Part shown: positions 12,338 to 21,866 of the stretch, one piece after another
How the letters are laid out: the number at the start of each line of letters is the position of its first letter
Position numbering within the stretch: the stretch's first letter is position 1
From: an uncultured Clostridia bacterium
Lineage (GTDB): Bacteria > Bacillota > Clostridia > TANB77 > CAG-508
Direction of reading: 5' to 3'
DNA: 64,000 nucleotides
NCBI GenBank assembly: GCA_934121875.1
Contig: CAKOVG010000001.1
Span: 12,442-76,441 of the forward strand
Position numbers and translations under genes: made by a program
Notes under the pieces: generated by a model
The model's input: only the letters and a program-made list of their open reading frames with translations
What the model was told of the DNA's origin: nothing
Databases searched by the model: none

Positions 12338-12530
12338 TAAAACCCCGCTTTAGCCGTAAGGTGAATGAAATTTTAAGGACCTGTTTACACAGGTGGGTAT
12401 CTTGTTGAATGCTTCTGGGTTTCTTATAGAATTGTATAAGCCTACACGCCACATTCAAAGGCAGATTCCCGTTTAGAATTTGTTGGTTCTAAAATTCCAG
12501 TCTACACGCACTATGCAGGGAAAATTAATA
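12338..12530. ncRNA. Candidate structured RNA of unknown class (strand undetermined; would be a 5-prime leader of prmC if on minus strand)
   Basis: The region is noticeably GC-richer than the flanks and contains several local stems: ACCTGTTTACACAGGT, TTTAGAA-N8-TTCTAAA, a repeated TACACGC, and CCCCGC...GCGGGG-type elements. Confidence 0.25.
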
Positions 12531-12844
12531 TCTTATTTAATTGTTAAATATATATTACCACAAAATAATAAAAATTACAATTACTTTTTTTGGTATTTTT
12601 TTTAATTTTTATCAACTTTGTTAATTTAAGTACACATTCCTTATTAATCATTAAAAGACTGAAAGCCTATTATATCAAAGGTTGTCAGTCTTTTGCTGTT
12701 CTTCAGCTGTCAAGTTCAAGATATATTTATACTATATTTTGCCTGAATAATTAAGCTTTTTATTACATTATTATTACAGTAAAATTACATTATATTAGAA
12801 ATTTGACAGTTTTGTTGTGTTTGCAAACTCGCAAACGCAATAAA

Positions 12845-12865
12845 GGCGCCCCCGCTAGGGGCGCC
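12845..12865 (-). terminator. Perfect 8-bp all-GC hairpin GGCGCCCC-CGCTA-GGGGCGCC, with an adjacent GTTTGC-N6-GCAAAC hairpin
   Basis: Direct reading of the sequence. On the minus strand the stem is followed by a TTTATTGCGTTT tract. It lies about 180 bp downstream of the 13041 gene stop. Confidence 0.4.
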
Positions 12866-13040
12866 CTGCTAGGGAAAATTTTTCAAATTTCTAAAACTTG
12901 CCATTTTCAATGTCAGTTTAAGAAATTTTAGAAAAATTTTCTCCTTTAGCGTTTTTGATGCGCTAAAGTGCGTGTTAAGCACATTAGTGCTAACATCGTA
13001 TTTATTCATTTTTTCTGGTTCATTGAACCAGTTGTCAGTG

Positions 13041-14444
13041 CTACTTTACGTAAAGTATGGGTCTAAAGGAGTTGCCGTTGGTACTGCCAGTCGCAATGTA
13101 GCTGTCGCGGCTACTCGTACAGCTGGTGGAAAATGAGTATTCGCCTCCTCTATAAGTACAATGTCGAATACTACCATTAAGCGTGTAAGTGCTGTACTCT
13201 GTAGTCCATTCACTTTCATTTCCAGCCATATCAAATATTTTACATTTTTGATCTCCTGTTGAACCTGTGTTTTTTGGTGAATTATTTCCAGTTGTGTTTC
13301 TGTTTGCATTTGCATAATTTGTATTTCCCATTTTTTGTATATATACTATTGCTGTATCCCATGCATAACTATTTACTAAATCACTTTCTACATAATTATC
13401 ATTTTTATACATATTTTGACTTATTATTGCTGCTTCTGGTTGTGTTATGGAAGTCCATAATGTTTTAGTTGTATAGTTCATTGTACCACCAACATATCCT
13501 GTTGATACTTTTGATAATGGTTTTGCATTACCAAACATTTCTTCTGAAGTTTTACCTGAACTATTCCATCCACTTCCATAACTTGCTTCATAGCGTGCTA
13601 TATAAAAGCCTTTATTTGTATTTGTTTTTTCTATAAATGCTCGCAGGTTTTTAGCTGTTGTATTTGTTCCTGTTGAAGCTGGTTTTTCATTTGATACTTC
13701 ATTTGATACTCTATAATCACTTAGTTCATAGTGATAGTCTCCTGCTCTGTATTTTGTATCTAATGTTCCTGCTGTTGCCTTTGCTACTGTTGTTTCTGCA
13801 TATTCTGAACCTTTTTGTATTATTGTTGGTGTGCCTGGACTAGTGGTTGCAAATGTATACCTTCCTAATGTTATTTCTACTTTACTTCCATCATCTTTTA
13901 TTATTTTATTACTTCCATCTGCATTTATATTACTTACTGGCACCCATACAAACTGGTTTCCATCTTTGTCTTCTATTACTATTCCCTGTTGCACAGTTTT
14001 TCCAGAATCAGCAGATATTTTAAATCCTCCTGGTACTACTACTTGATTTTCTTTTTCATCTTTTGCTATTACTGTTGTGCTTTCACTTGTTGTTCTATCA
14101 TTTGATGTTAAGTTTGAATCCGTTATTAATGGCTTTTCTACTGGTGGTGTAGGTGGTGTTGGTGTGCCTCCTCCAGTTGTATTTTTGATTCCACCATTTT
14201 CTTCTAACCAGTTATTTAATTCATTTATTGCTGTTAAATCATTCTCTTTTGCTTGTTCCATTTTATTTTGAGCTTCTTGAGCTTTTTTAATTATTCCGTT
14301 ATCATTGAATATTGTACTTATACTTACTCCTGCTAATATTAGCAATACTACAATTGTAATAACTAATGCTATTAGAGTAATACCAGCTTGCTTTGAGTAA
14401 GTTTTTCTTGTTGCCTTTTTATTTGTTTTTTCTATTTTATTCAA
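13041..14444 (-). CDS. secreted/membrane-anchored protein with a prepilin-like N-terminal hydrophobic segment and a C-terminal FGE-sulfatase (SUMF1/DUF323)-like domain
   Basis: The N-terminus KQAGITLIALVITIVVLLILAGV resembles a type IV pilin class III signal but lacks Glu+5. A Thr/Pro-rich linker (GGGTPTPPTPP) follows. The C-terminus carries FGE-family hallmarks (GNESEW, YRGGEY, FVWVP, YIARYEAS). Confidence 0.65.
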   Translation of the reverse strand: MNKIEKTNKKATRKTYSKQAGITLIALVITIVVLLILAGVSISTIFNDNGIIKKAQEAQNKMEQAKENDLTAINELNNWLEENGGIKNTTGGGTPTPPTPPVEKPLITDSNLTSNDRTTSESTTVIAKDEKENQVVVPGGFKISADSGKTVQQGIVIEDKDGNQFVWVPVSNINADGSNKIIKDDGSKVEITLGRYTFATTSPGTPTIIQKGSEYAETTVAKATAGTLDTKYRAGDYHYELSDYRVSNEVSNEKPASTGTNTTAKNLRAFIEKTNTNKGFYIARYEASYGSGWNSSGKTSEEMFGNAKPLSKVSTGYVGGTMNYTTKTLWTSITQPEAAIISQNMYKNDNYVESDLVNSYAWDTAIVYIQKMGNTNYANANRNTTGNNSPKNTGSTGDQKCKIFDMAGNESEWTTEYSTYTLNGSIRHCTYRGGEYSFSTSCTSSRDSYIATGSTNGNSFRPILYVK

Positions 14445-14813
14445 TTTTATCTTCCTCCTCTTTCTTAAGTATATTTATTCTGTTTTTTCAATTTTGTATG
14501 TAGTATGTACAATTTTTCCTTTTTTATGCACATTTACTCATTTTATAGCCGTAGATTTCCCCTATAGTTATATTACATTTTTATTTGTTAAATAATTAAT
14601 ACTTTTTTTAATATAACTTAGGTACAATTATTAGCTTATAATTGCATTCTTTTGGTTTACTCTATATTAAATTTTCAATGTGCTCTTTTGAATTTTTGTA
14701 CATATTTTCTCCCCATTAGGATACCATAACATTTTTTTATTTTCAATACTTTTCTTTAATTTTTATTAACTTGGTTTTTTGCAATTTTTAAAAAACTTAA
14801 ATTTTAAAAATTT

Positions 14814-14868
14814 CACCATTTTCTTCTAGCTAATTATTTAATTCATTTATTGATGTAAAATCATTGCC
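14814..14868 (-). pseudogene. 56-bp decayed duplicate of an internal segment of the 13041..14444 gene (matches 14192..14247 at about 86 percent identity)
   Basis: Direct alignment of the two stretches gives about 48 of 56 identical bases. The intergenic copy has an in-frame stop (GNDFTSINELNN*LEENG versus ENDLTAINELNNWLEENG in the gene). Confidence 0.45.
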
Positions 14869-14983
14869 TTATTTTATTTACAAGTATCTAAGCGAAAGCG
14901 AATATATATAAATATCATTTATGTAGTAGTATTTTAGCATATTTTATGATACAATATATGCATTAATTTAAGGAGGTACAATT

Positions 14984-15712
14984 ATGTTAGAACTTAAAAA
15001 CGTTTCTTATTTTAGAGACAATAAACAAATTTTAGATAACATAAGTTTAAAAATAGATAATAGCAAATTAGTTGCAATTACTGGTCCTAACGGTTCTGGT
15101 AAATCTACTCTTGCTAAAATTATTATGGGAATTTTAAAACCTGATTCTGGCAATATTATATTTAACGGCAAAGATATTACTAATATGGGAATTACCGATA
15201 GAGCTAAACTTGGAATTGGTTTTGCTTTTCAACAACCAGTTAAATTCAAAGGTTTAACAGTTAAGGATTTAATTGAGTTGAGTTCTGGTAATACTGTAAG
15301 TGTTGCAGAAGCTTGTAATTATCTTTCTGATGTAGGTTTGTGTGCAAAGGATTATTTAAACAGAGAAGTTAGTAGTTCTCTTTCTGGTGGTGAATTAAAG
15401 CGTATTGAAATTGCTATGCTTGCTGCTAAAAAGTCTAAACTTACTGTTTTTGATGAACCTGAAGCCGGTATTGACTTATGGAGTTTCAATAGTTTAATTT
15501 CTGTGTTTGAAAAAATGCATAATGAAATTAGTAATTCTTCTATAGTTATTATTTCTCATCAAGAAAAAATTTTGAATATTGCTGACGAAATTGTTTTACT
15601 TGCTGATGGAAAAGTACAAGCAATTGGTCAAAAAGAAGATGTGTTACATTTACTTTTAAATGATACTCAAAAGCCATGTAAAGTAATGCTTGAAAAAGGA
15701 GGTAATAATTAA
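14984..15712 (+). CDS. sufC: Fe-S cluster assembly ATPase SufC
   Basis: Walker A (GPNGSGKST) and the ABC signature (LSGGELKR) are present, with a strong RBS (AAGGAGG). It is followed by a SufBD gene. Confidence 0.85.
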   Translation: MLELKNVSYFRDNKQILDNISLKIDNSKLVAITGPNGSGKSTLAKIIMGILKPDSGNIIFNGKDITNMGITDRAKLGIGFAFQQPVKFKGLTVKDLIELSSGNTVSVAEACNYLSDVGLCAKDYLNREVSSSLSGGELKRIEIAMLAAKKSKLTVFDEPEAGIDLWSFNSLISVFEKMHNEISNSSIVIISHQEKILNIADEIVLLADGKVQAIGQKEDVLHLLLNDTQKPCKVMLEKGGNN

Positions 15713-15713
15713 T

Positions 15714-16655
15714 ATGAATACTAAAATTGAAGATAATTTAGATGTAATAGAAAAGAATTTACTAAAAACTATTGCTGATATTGAAAAAACCCCAATTGGT
15801 GCATATAACATTCGCGAAAATGGTAAGGGTATTGCAAGAAATACAACTGCCAATATTGATATTGTTACAAAGCAAGACAAGCCTGGTATTGATATTATTA
15901 TAAAGCCCAATACAAAAAATGAAAGTGTTCACATTCCAGTTATATTAACTGAGTCTGGTTTTAATGATATTGTATATAATGATTTTTATATTGGAGAGAA
16001 TGCTGATGTAGTAATTGTGGCAGGTTGTGGAATTCATAATAGTTCTTGTGAAACTTCTGAGCATGATGGCATTCATACTTTTCATTTATCAAAAGGTTCT
16101 AAGGTAAAATATATTGAAAAACATTATGGTGAAGGTAATGGTACTGGAGATAGGATTTTGAACCCTCAAACCATTGTAAATCTCGATGAAGGTTCTTCTT
16201 TGGAAATGGAAACTGTACAAATTGAAGGTGTTTCTTCTACTGTTCGTGAAACCAAAGGTGAAATCGGTTCAAATGCAAATTTAGTAATTACAGAAAGAGT
16301 TATGACTTCTGGAAATCAAATTGCTAAAAGTATTTTTGATATTAATTTAAATGGTCAAAATTCTAGTGTTCATGTTGCTTCTCGTGCTATTGCAAGAGAT
16401 AAATCTGTTCAGGAATTTAATTCAAATGTTAGTGGTAATACTAAGTGCTTTGGTCATGTTGAATGTGATGCAATTATTATGGATAAAGCTCGAGTTATAT
16501 CAACCCCAAAAGTTATAGCAAATGATGTTGACGCAAGTTTGCTTCATGAAGCTGCTATTGGCAAAATTGCTGGAGAGCAACTTATCAAACTTATGACTCT
16601 TGGTCTTACAGAGAAAGAAGCTGAAGAACAAATTATAAATGGATTTTTAAAATAA
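15714..16655 (+). CDS. Fe-S cluster assembly protein, SufB/SufD family (short form)
   Basis: The gene starts immediately after the sufC stop with an AAAGGAGG RBS. The ORF-track protein (321 aa from 15690) matches the SufBD fold family, a beta-helix with the conserved GCGIHNSSCETSEHDG region. I prefer the internal ATG at 15714. Confidence 0.7.
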   Translation: MNTKIEDNLDVIEKNLLKTIADIEKTPIGAYNIRENGKGIARNTTANIDIVTKQDKPGIDIIIKPNTKNESVHIPVILTESGFNDIVYNDFYIGENADVVIVAGCGIHNSSCETSEHDGIHTFHLSKGSKVKYIEKHYGEGNGTGDRILNPQTIVNLDEGSSLEMETVQIEGVSSTVRETKGEIGSNANLVITERVMTSGNQIAKSIFDINLNGQNSSVHVASRAIARDKSVQEFNSNVSGNTKCFGHVECDAIIMDKARVISTPKVIANDVDASLLHEAAIGKIAGEQLIKLMTLGLTEKEAEEQIINGFLK

Positions 16656-16676
16656 GGAAAATAACTTTTACAATAA

Positions 16677-16704
16677 AAAACGGATTTTTAAAAATCCGTT
16701 TTTT
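16677..16704. terminator. Bidirectional rho-independent terminator AAAACGGATTTTT/AAAAATCCGTTTT between sufBD (+) and the GH15 gene (-)
   Basis: Perfect inverted repeat with flanking A and T runs. Confidence 0.6.
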
Positions 16705-18640
16705 ATTGTAAGTTTATAAACATTGCATGTGCCCAAGCTAAACCATTTACCCAAGCTGGTGTCATTGTTTTATTATCTACTTGTTCTGCTATAAAGCCAT
16801 GTTCATTTGCTGAATTAACAACAAATTCAATACACTCATTTGCCTTTCTTTTTTCTCCTGCTTTTTGATAATACATTGCCATCCATAAAGTTGCTATTGT
16901 CCATGGATTCTTGCCCTCACAATAGTTGTCATTTTCATATCTTAGGTAACCACCTGTATATGTTCTTAATGTCATATTTATTTTCTCTATTGTATTTAGT
17001 ATCTTCTTCTCTTTTGGAGAAAATATTTGGAATGGTGTTACAAGCCCTAGTAGGCTTATATCCGTTTTTTCGTCTTTTAAATTTCTTGTAAATGTCTTAG
17101 TAGTTTCATTGTACAAGTTACTTGAAATATATTTTTTTATTTCTTGATTATATTTTTTTATAGTACTTTCTAATTTGTTCATTGCTTCTACTTTTAATCT
17201 ATTATTTGGCTCATATTCAGGTTTCAATATAGCCTGAATTTCTGTTATTGCATTAAATGCTGAAAATATACAAGCTAATGAATATAAATGTATTCCTTCA
17301 CTTTCTTCCCATAAATCATAGCTATCTGGTAATTTATTTCTGTCTTCTGTGTGATAGGTAGCCTCAATTTCGTTTTTTACAATATCTGATTTATCCTTTG
17401 TTCCTAATATGTTGTCCATATACATACATAAAAATTTAGTTGCCTTTTCACACATTTTATATGTGTCTTTTAAAAATTTCACATCTTTTGTTGCTTTATA
17501 GTGCTCATAAACTCCAAAAATTACACTTGCGGTTTCGTCTATTTGGTATCCCCAGCATGGTGCTAACCTTTTATCTGTGTAAAATCTTTGTTCCCACATA
17601 CCGTTTTTGCTTTGTGTGTCTTTACAAAATATTTTATAAAATTTTTCTGTTTCTTTTGTCATTTTTACACTATCTAATGCTTTTGTAATGAACACTGCAT
17701 CTCTTGGCCAACAATAACTATATCTTCCACATTTGTTCATATCTTCGTCAACTTCTACTGCTGCTGATATTCCTCCTGTTTCTTGATTTATTAGTAGCGG
17801 AAATAGCAAAATGCTTCTTTTATAAATTTGATTAAATTTTTTGTTCATTGAATTTGTTTCTGGCTTTAGTGCTGTTCCAATGTGATCTTTTACATATTTT
17901 TTCCAGAATTTTTCTATTACTTGCTCTTCTTTTTTTATGTCCATTTTCTTAATTTCTATTAGTTCTTTGTTTAATTCTTCTTCGGTTATTGGCTCATTTT
18001 TTTTGAAATACAAATATATGGTTAATTCCTTTTTTTCATTTGGTTTTAAACAGCCAATATCATAGCTTATACTAGAATCACAAGACATTCCAATATAGTC
18101 TTTACCGCTTATTACTCCACTTGATATGTTTTCTTTTGTATTGTTTATTTGATAACTTAAAAATGGCTTGTCTGAAAATGTATACATTGTGTAATCATGG
18201 CAAAATTGAATTAAAGTATTGTTTTTAACTTCTCCACATACCATGTTATTATAATCAGTTAGAAGTTTTGAATGTATTAAAAAGCTCACATTTAACTCTA
18301 TATTATTTTTGTTTTCAAACTCATACTTTTTTACTAGCACAGATTTTTTTAGCAAAGCAAAGTCAGTTTGTTTTATATTTAATTCAAAATATTTATTTGT
18401 AATTTCAGTATGTAAAACATTAGTGTCTTCTGTATAATATTGATTATATTGATTGTTTACATCCTCGTTCAAATATATTATATTTGAGTCATTTATTTTC
18501 ACTCCAGTTTTGAATTCATCTATCCAACTTCTAAAGTCAGGAAATGGGTACATTACTCTTAGCAATTCCCCATTTTTAGTATAACTAGCAGTAATATTTT
18601 TACCACCTATTATAGCATCATTGTTATATTTTGCTTTCAT
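16703..18640 (-). CDS. glycoside hydrolase family 15 protein (glucoamylase/glucodextranase-like)
   Basis: 645 aa with a C-terminal (alpha/alpha)6-barrel region. Motifs seen: CWPRDAVF, LWEESEGIHLYS, and a WTIATLWMAMYY-type signature. Confidence 0.65.
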   Translation of the reverse strand: MKAKYNNDAIIGGKNITASYTKNGELLRVMYPFPDFRSWIDEFKTGVKINDSNIIYLNEDVNNQYNQYYTEDTNVLHTEITNKYFELNIKQTDFALLKKSVLVKKYEFENKNNIELNVSFLIHSKLLTDYNNMVCGEVKNNTLIQFCHDYTMYTFSDKPFLSYQINNTKENISSGVISGKDYIGMSCDSSISYDIGCLKPNEKKELTIYLYFKKNEPITEEELNKELIEIKKMDIKKEEQVIEKFWKKYVKDHIGTALKPETNSMNKKFNQIYKRSILLFPLLINQETGGISAAVEVDEDMNKCGRYSYCWPRDAVFITKALDSVKMTKETEKFYKIFCKDTQSKNGMWEQRFYTDKRLAPCWGYQIDETASVIFGVYEHYKATKDVKFLKDTYKMCEKATKFLCMYMDNILGTKDKSDIVKNEIEATYHTEDRNKLPDSYDLWEESEGIHLYSLACIFSAFNAITEIQAILKPEYEPNNRLKVEAMNKLESTIKKYNQEIKKYISSNLYNETTKTFTRNLKDEKTDISLLGLVTPFQIFSPKEKKILNTIEKINMTLRTYTGGYLRYENDNYCEGKNPWTIATLWMAMYYQKAGEKRKANECIEFVVNSANEHGFIAEQVDNKTMTPAWVNGLAWAHAMFINLQ

Positions 18641-18653
18641 TAGTTTTCCCTCT

Positions 18654-20303
18654 TTAATTTTTTTCTACTATTCTTACAATTTGTTCTTCTATTTCTTTTA
18701 AACGTAATTTTAATAAGCTTATTTCATCTTCATTATCATCTTTAGACAAGTAATCTTCTTTAACTATAGTTTCCATATCATTTAATTCATTTTTTAATAA
18801 TTTTATTTTTTCTAGTACTTCTCTTTTTGCAGATGATTTAATAGCTATTGGTGCTACAGTTTGTTCCATAGCTAAGCTATCATCTAATGTATATGTTTGG
18901 CCATATTCTGGAATTGTTACTTGTAAGCCTATTTCATCTACAATTTTAGTTTTCAATATTTCTTGCCCTGCTGGTTCTCCATGTACCAAAAAGATGTGTT
19001 TTGGTTTTGTAATAAAAGAATAAATAAAGTTCATAAGCCATTCTTGATCAGCATGACCTGAATATCCTTCAATATATTCTATTCTTGCATTTACTGCAAT
19101 TTCTTCTCCAAATATTTTTACTTTTTTCTCTCCATCTACTATTCTTCTTCCAAGTGTTCCTGGTGCCTGATATCCAACAAATAGAATAGTACTGCTAGGG
19201 TCCCATAAATGATGTTTTAAATGATGTTTTATTCTTCCAACTTCACACATACCACTAGCTGAAATAATTATTGAAGATTCATGTTTTTCATTTAGTGCTT
19301 TTGACTCATCTGCTGTTCTAGTAAACTGCAAGCCTGGAAATTCTAGTGGGTTATCTCCACTTTCAATAACTGCCTGTGTTTCCTCGTCAAACAAATTTGC
19401 ATTTTCTCTAAATACTTCTGTTGCTGAAATTGCAAGTGGGCTATCAACATATACAGGTGCTTTCATTAATGTTGCATATTTTTTCTTAAAGTCTTCACTA
19501 TCTTGCATATCTTTTAGATTATTTAGTTCATACAAAATTTCTTGTGTTCTTCCAACTGCAAATGATGGTATAACAACTGTTCCACCCTTATCTAGTGTTT
19601 CAGAAACAATATTTAAAAACATGTTAGCCTTGTCGTCATTTCTCATATGCAATCTTCCACCATAGGTTGATTCCATTACCAAGTAGTCTGCTGTTTCTAT
19701 CATTGTTGGAGAAGATAAAAGTGGAATATCATTATTTCCTAAATCTCCTGTGAATACTGCTTTAGTTTCTTTTCCATCTTCTTTTATCCATACTTCGATA
19801 ATTGATGAGCCAAGCATATGTCCTGCATCATTAAAACGCACATATATATTAGGGTCTATTTCTATAATTTCATCATAATTTACTGGTTTAAAAATTTCCA
19901 TTGTGTCTATTGCATCTTGTGCAGTGTATAAAGGTGGCAATGCCTCTTTACCCTCTCTCATTCTTTTTCTGTTTCTCCACTCGATTTCTTGTTCTTGAAT
20001 ATGTCCACTATCTGGAAGCATTATAGAGCATAAATCTCTTGTTGCTTTTGTGGTTATTACAGGTTTTCTGTATCCTTCCTTATATAACTTTGGAATTCTT
20101 CCTGAGTGATCTATATGTGCATGTGTTAATAACATAAAATCAATTTCATTTACATCATATGCAAATGGTTCGTGGTTTTGCATTTCATCTCTATCTCCAC
20201 CTTGATACATTCCACAATCCACTAAAAACTTTTTACCTGCTCCTTCTACTAAAAAGTTAGAACCTGTAACCATTTTGGTTGCACCTAAAAATGTTATTTT
20301 CAT
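18654..20303 (-). CDS. beta-CASP family metallo-beta-lactamase RNA-metabolising nuclease (CPSF73/RNase J-like)
   Basis: The MBL motif HAHIDHSG is present, the protein is about 550 aa, and it has a beta-CASP layout. It is not the RNase J signature HGHEDH. Confidence 0.65.
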   Translation of the reverse strand: MKITFLGATKMVTGSNFLVEGAGKKFLVDCGMYQGGDRDEMQNHEPFAYDVNEIDFMLLTHAHIDHSGRIPKLYKEGYRKPVITTKATRDLCSIMLPDSGHIQEQEIEWRNRKRMREGKEALPPLYTAQDAIDTMEIFKPVNYDEIIEIDPNIYVRFNDAGHMLGSSIIEVWIKEDGKETKAVFTGDLGNNDIPLLSSPTMIETADYLVMESTYGGRLHMRNDDKANMFLNIVSETLDKGGTVVIPSFAVGRTQEILYELNNLKDMQDSEDFKKKYATLMKAPVYVDSPLAISATEVFRENANLFDEETQAVIESGDNPLEFPGLQFTRTADESKALNEKHESSIIISASGMCEVGRIKHHLKHHLWDPSSTILFVGYQAPGTLGRRIVDGEKKVKIFGEEIAVNARIEYIEGYSGHADQEWLMNFIYSFITKPKHIFLVHGEPAGQEILKTKIVDEIGLQVTIPEYGQTYTLDDSLAMEQTVAPIAIKSSAKREVLEKIKLLKNELNDMETIVKEDYLSKDDNEDEISLLKLRLKEIEEQIVRIVEKN

Positions 20304-20315
20304 AAACTTCTCCTT

Positions 20316-21854
20316 TTAATCAAATAATTTAGTTTTTTTATTTAGCTTTATAGTTTTATTACTATAAAGTTCTATTCTGTTTTCTAAGATATTAGTATCA
20401 TAATATTCTATATATAGTTTTCCGTTTTCAATTTTTGTTTCTATTACCATATTGTTTAAATCTATCATTTTGCTATCAAATATTCTACTTATAATTTCAA
20501 AATTTGCACCTTCATCTTTAGTAATATCTTCTATTGCATTTAATGTTCTTGCTTTTTCATAAAGCACTCCTATCGTTTTTTGAAACTCATTACTAAGTAT
20601 TGTTATTTCTTTTAAGCTTGTATTATTATCAATCATTAAAAATCTAAAGTATCTAAGTTCATAAATGTATTTTATTATTTCTTGTTTTATAGCTGTTTTA
20701 ATTATTTTTATTCTAAAACATTCTAAAAATAAAACACATAATTTACATATTTCGCTTATTTCATTTTTATTTGAATCTAAATTTAATGAATTTAATACAT
20801 CACATTTTTTTGTTATTTCATCTTTACGTTTTATATACCCTTTTGGTTCTAGTAAAGCATTATATTTTTTTATAGTATTTACATATTCCTGTCTTTCTAT
20901 TTCAAGTTTATTTGTTAACTGTCTAACACTGAATATCTTATCTTTATTTGATAATTTAGAGTTTCTTTCATCATACTCTTTTTTTAATAATTCTTGGTTA
21001 TTCATTAACCTATCTATTTTTTCAATTTCTCTTGTAATTTTCTTTTTTTCTTCTGTAAGTTTTTCTAAATACTTTTCTTTATTTTCTAATTTTTCTAATT
21101 CAATTTGAGTTTTAGTTTGTAAATTCTTCCAAAATTTCAATTCTTCATTATCTCTTTTTGCATTTTGCTCTATTGCAGTTTTACAAAATATTTTTATAAT
21201 TTGATTTGCTCTTTTTTCCCCAAAATCTTCGGACAACTTATTTTGCATTAGCATTAGGTAATCTGCTAACTTGCTACTATTATTTATCCATTCTTTTACA
21301 AAATTATACCCTAGTAAATATATTATTACCTGAAATACTACATTTATTGTTTTGTTTTCAATATCTTTTGAAGATATATCCCAAGACCAGCCATTAAAAT
21401 CTCTAATAACTTCTAATTCATTCATTAAGTTAGCATTGTTTAAAAAGTAACTAATTGAAGGCTCTAATATATTTTCTTCTGCTGCTAGGCTAATTTTTTC
21501 TTGTCCTATTTGTAATATACCTTTTAATAATGTAAGTTCATTTCCTAAAGCTATTATACTTCCATTTTCTTTATCTATTTTAACTTCTTGTTCTGAATTA
21601 TTAGTGCTAATAATATCGTTGCATTTTTTATCAATTATATTTATTATTTTATCTAAAAATTCTCCTTTTTCACATACTTGTACTTTTGTTTTTTCGTAGT
21701 CATTGTATGAATTTTCTATTTTGTAAAGCATACTTAAAAGAAGATTTTTAGTGTTAGTTGAAAAATTTTTCTTCTCTAAAACCTTCTCTAAGCTATTTGT
21801 ATAATCTTTAATATGAATTTTTCGTAATATATTTTCTGTTTTTCTTTTCATCAT
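20316..21854 (-). CDS. hypothetical protein, Lys/Asn/Ile/Glu-rich with long predicted coiled-coil segments
   Basis: Intact 512-aa ORF between the nuclease gene and ftsK. No motif that I recognise. Confidence 0.45.
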   Translation of the reverse strand: MMKRKTENILRKIHIKDYTNSLEKVLEKKNFSTNTKNLLLSMLYKIENSYNDYEKTKVQVCEKGEFLDKIINIIDKKCNDIISTNNSEQEVKIDKENGSIIALGNELTLLKGILQIGQEKISLAAEENILEPSISYFLNNANLMNELEVIRDFNGWSWDISSKDIENKTINVVFQVIIYLLGYNFVKEWINNSSKLADYLMLMQNKLSEDFGEKRANQIIKIFCKTAIEQNAKRDNEELKFWKNLQTKTQIELEKLENKEKYLEKLTEEKKKITREIEKIDRLMNNQELLKKEYDERNSKLSNKDKIFSVRQLTNKLEIERQEYVNTIKKYNALLEPKGYIKRKDEITKKCDVLNSLNLDSNKNEISEICKLCVLFLECFRIKIIKTAIKQEIIKYIYELRYFRFLMIDNNTSLKEITILSNEFQKTIGVLYEKARTLNAIEDITKDEGANFEIISRIFDSKMIDLNNMVIETKIENGKLYIEYYDTNILENRIELYSNKTIKLNKKTKLFD

Positions 21855-21866
21855 ATTCCTTCTTAT

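Noticed and set aside
12338-12530. Possibility that the structured region is SRP RNA, 6S RNA, tmRNA or a c-di-GMP-II riboswitch
   Set aside because: I compared it by eye with the conserved SRP domain IV, the tmRNA termini and the c-di-GMP-II core. Only vague resemblance was found (CUGUUUAC, GCGGGGUU). That is not enough to call a class, so it is reported only as an unclassified candidate.
13046-13315. 89-aa minus-strand ORF overlapping the 3-prime end of the pilin-like/FGE gene in another frame
   Set aside because: It is wholly embedded in the GC-richer 3-prime part of a longer, motif-supported ORF. It is likely a chance open frame.
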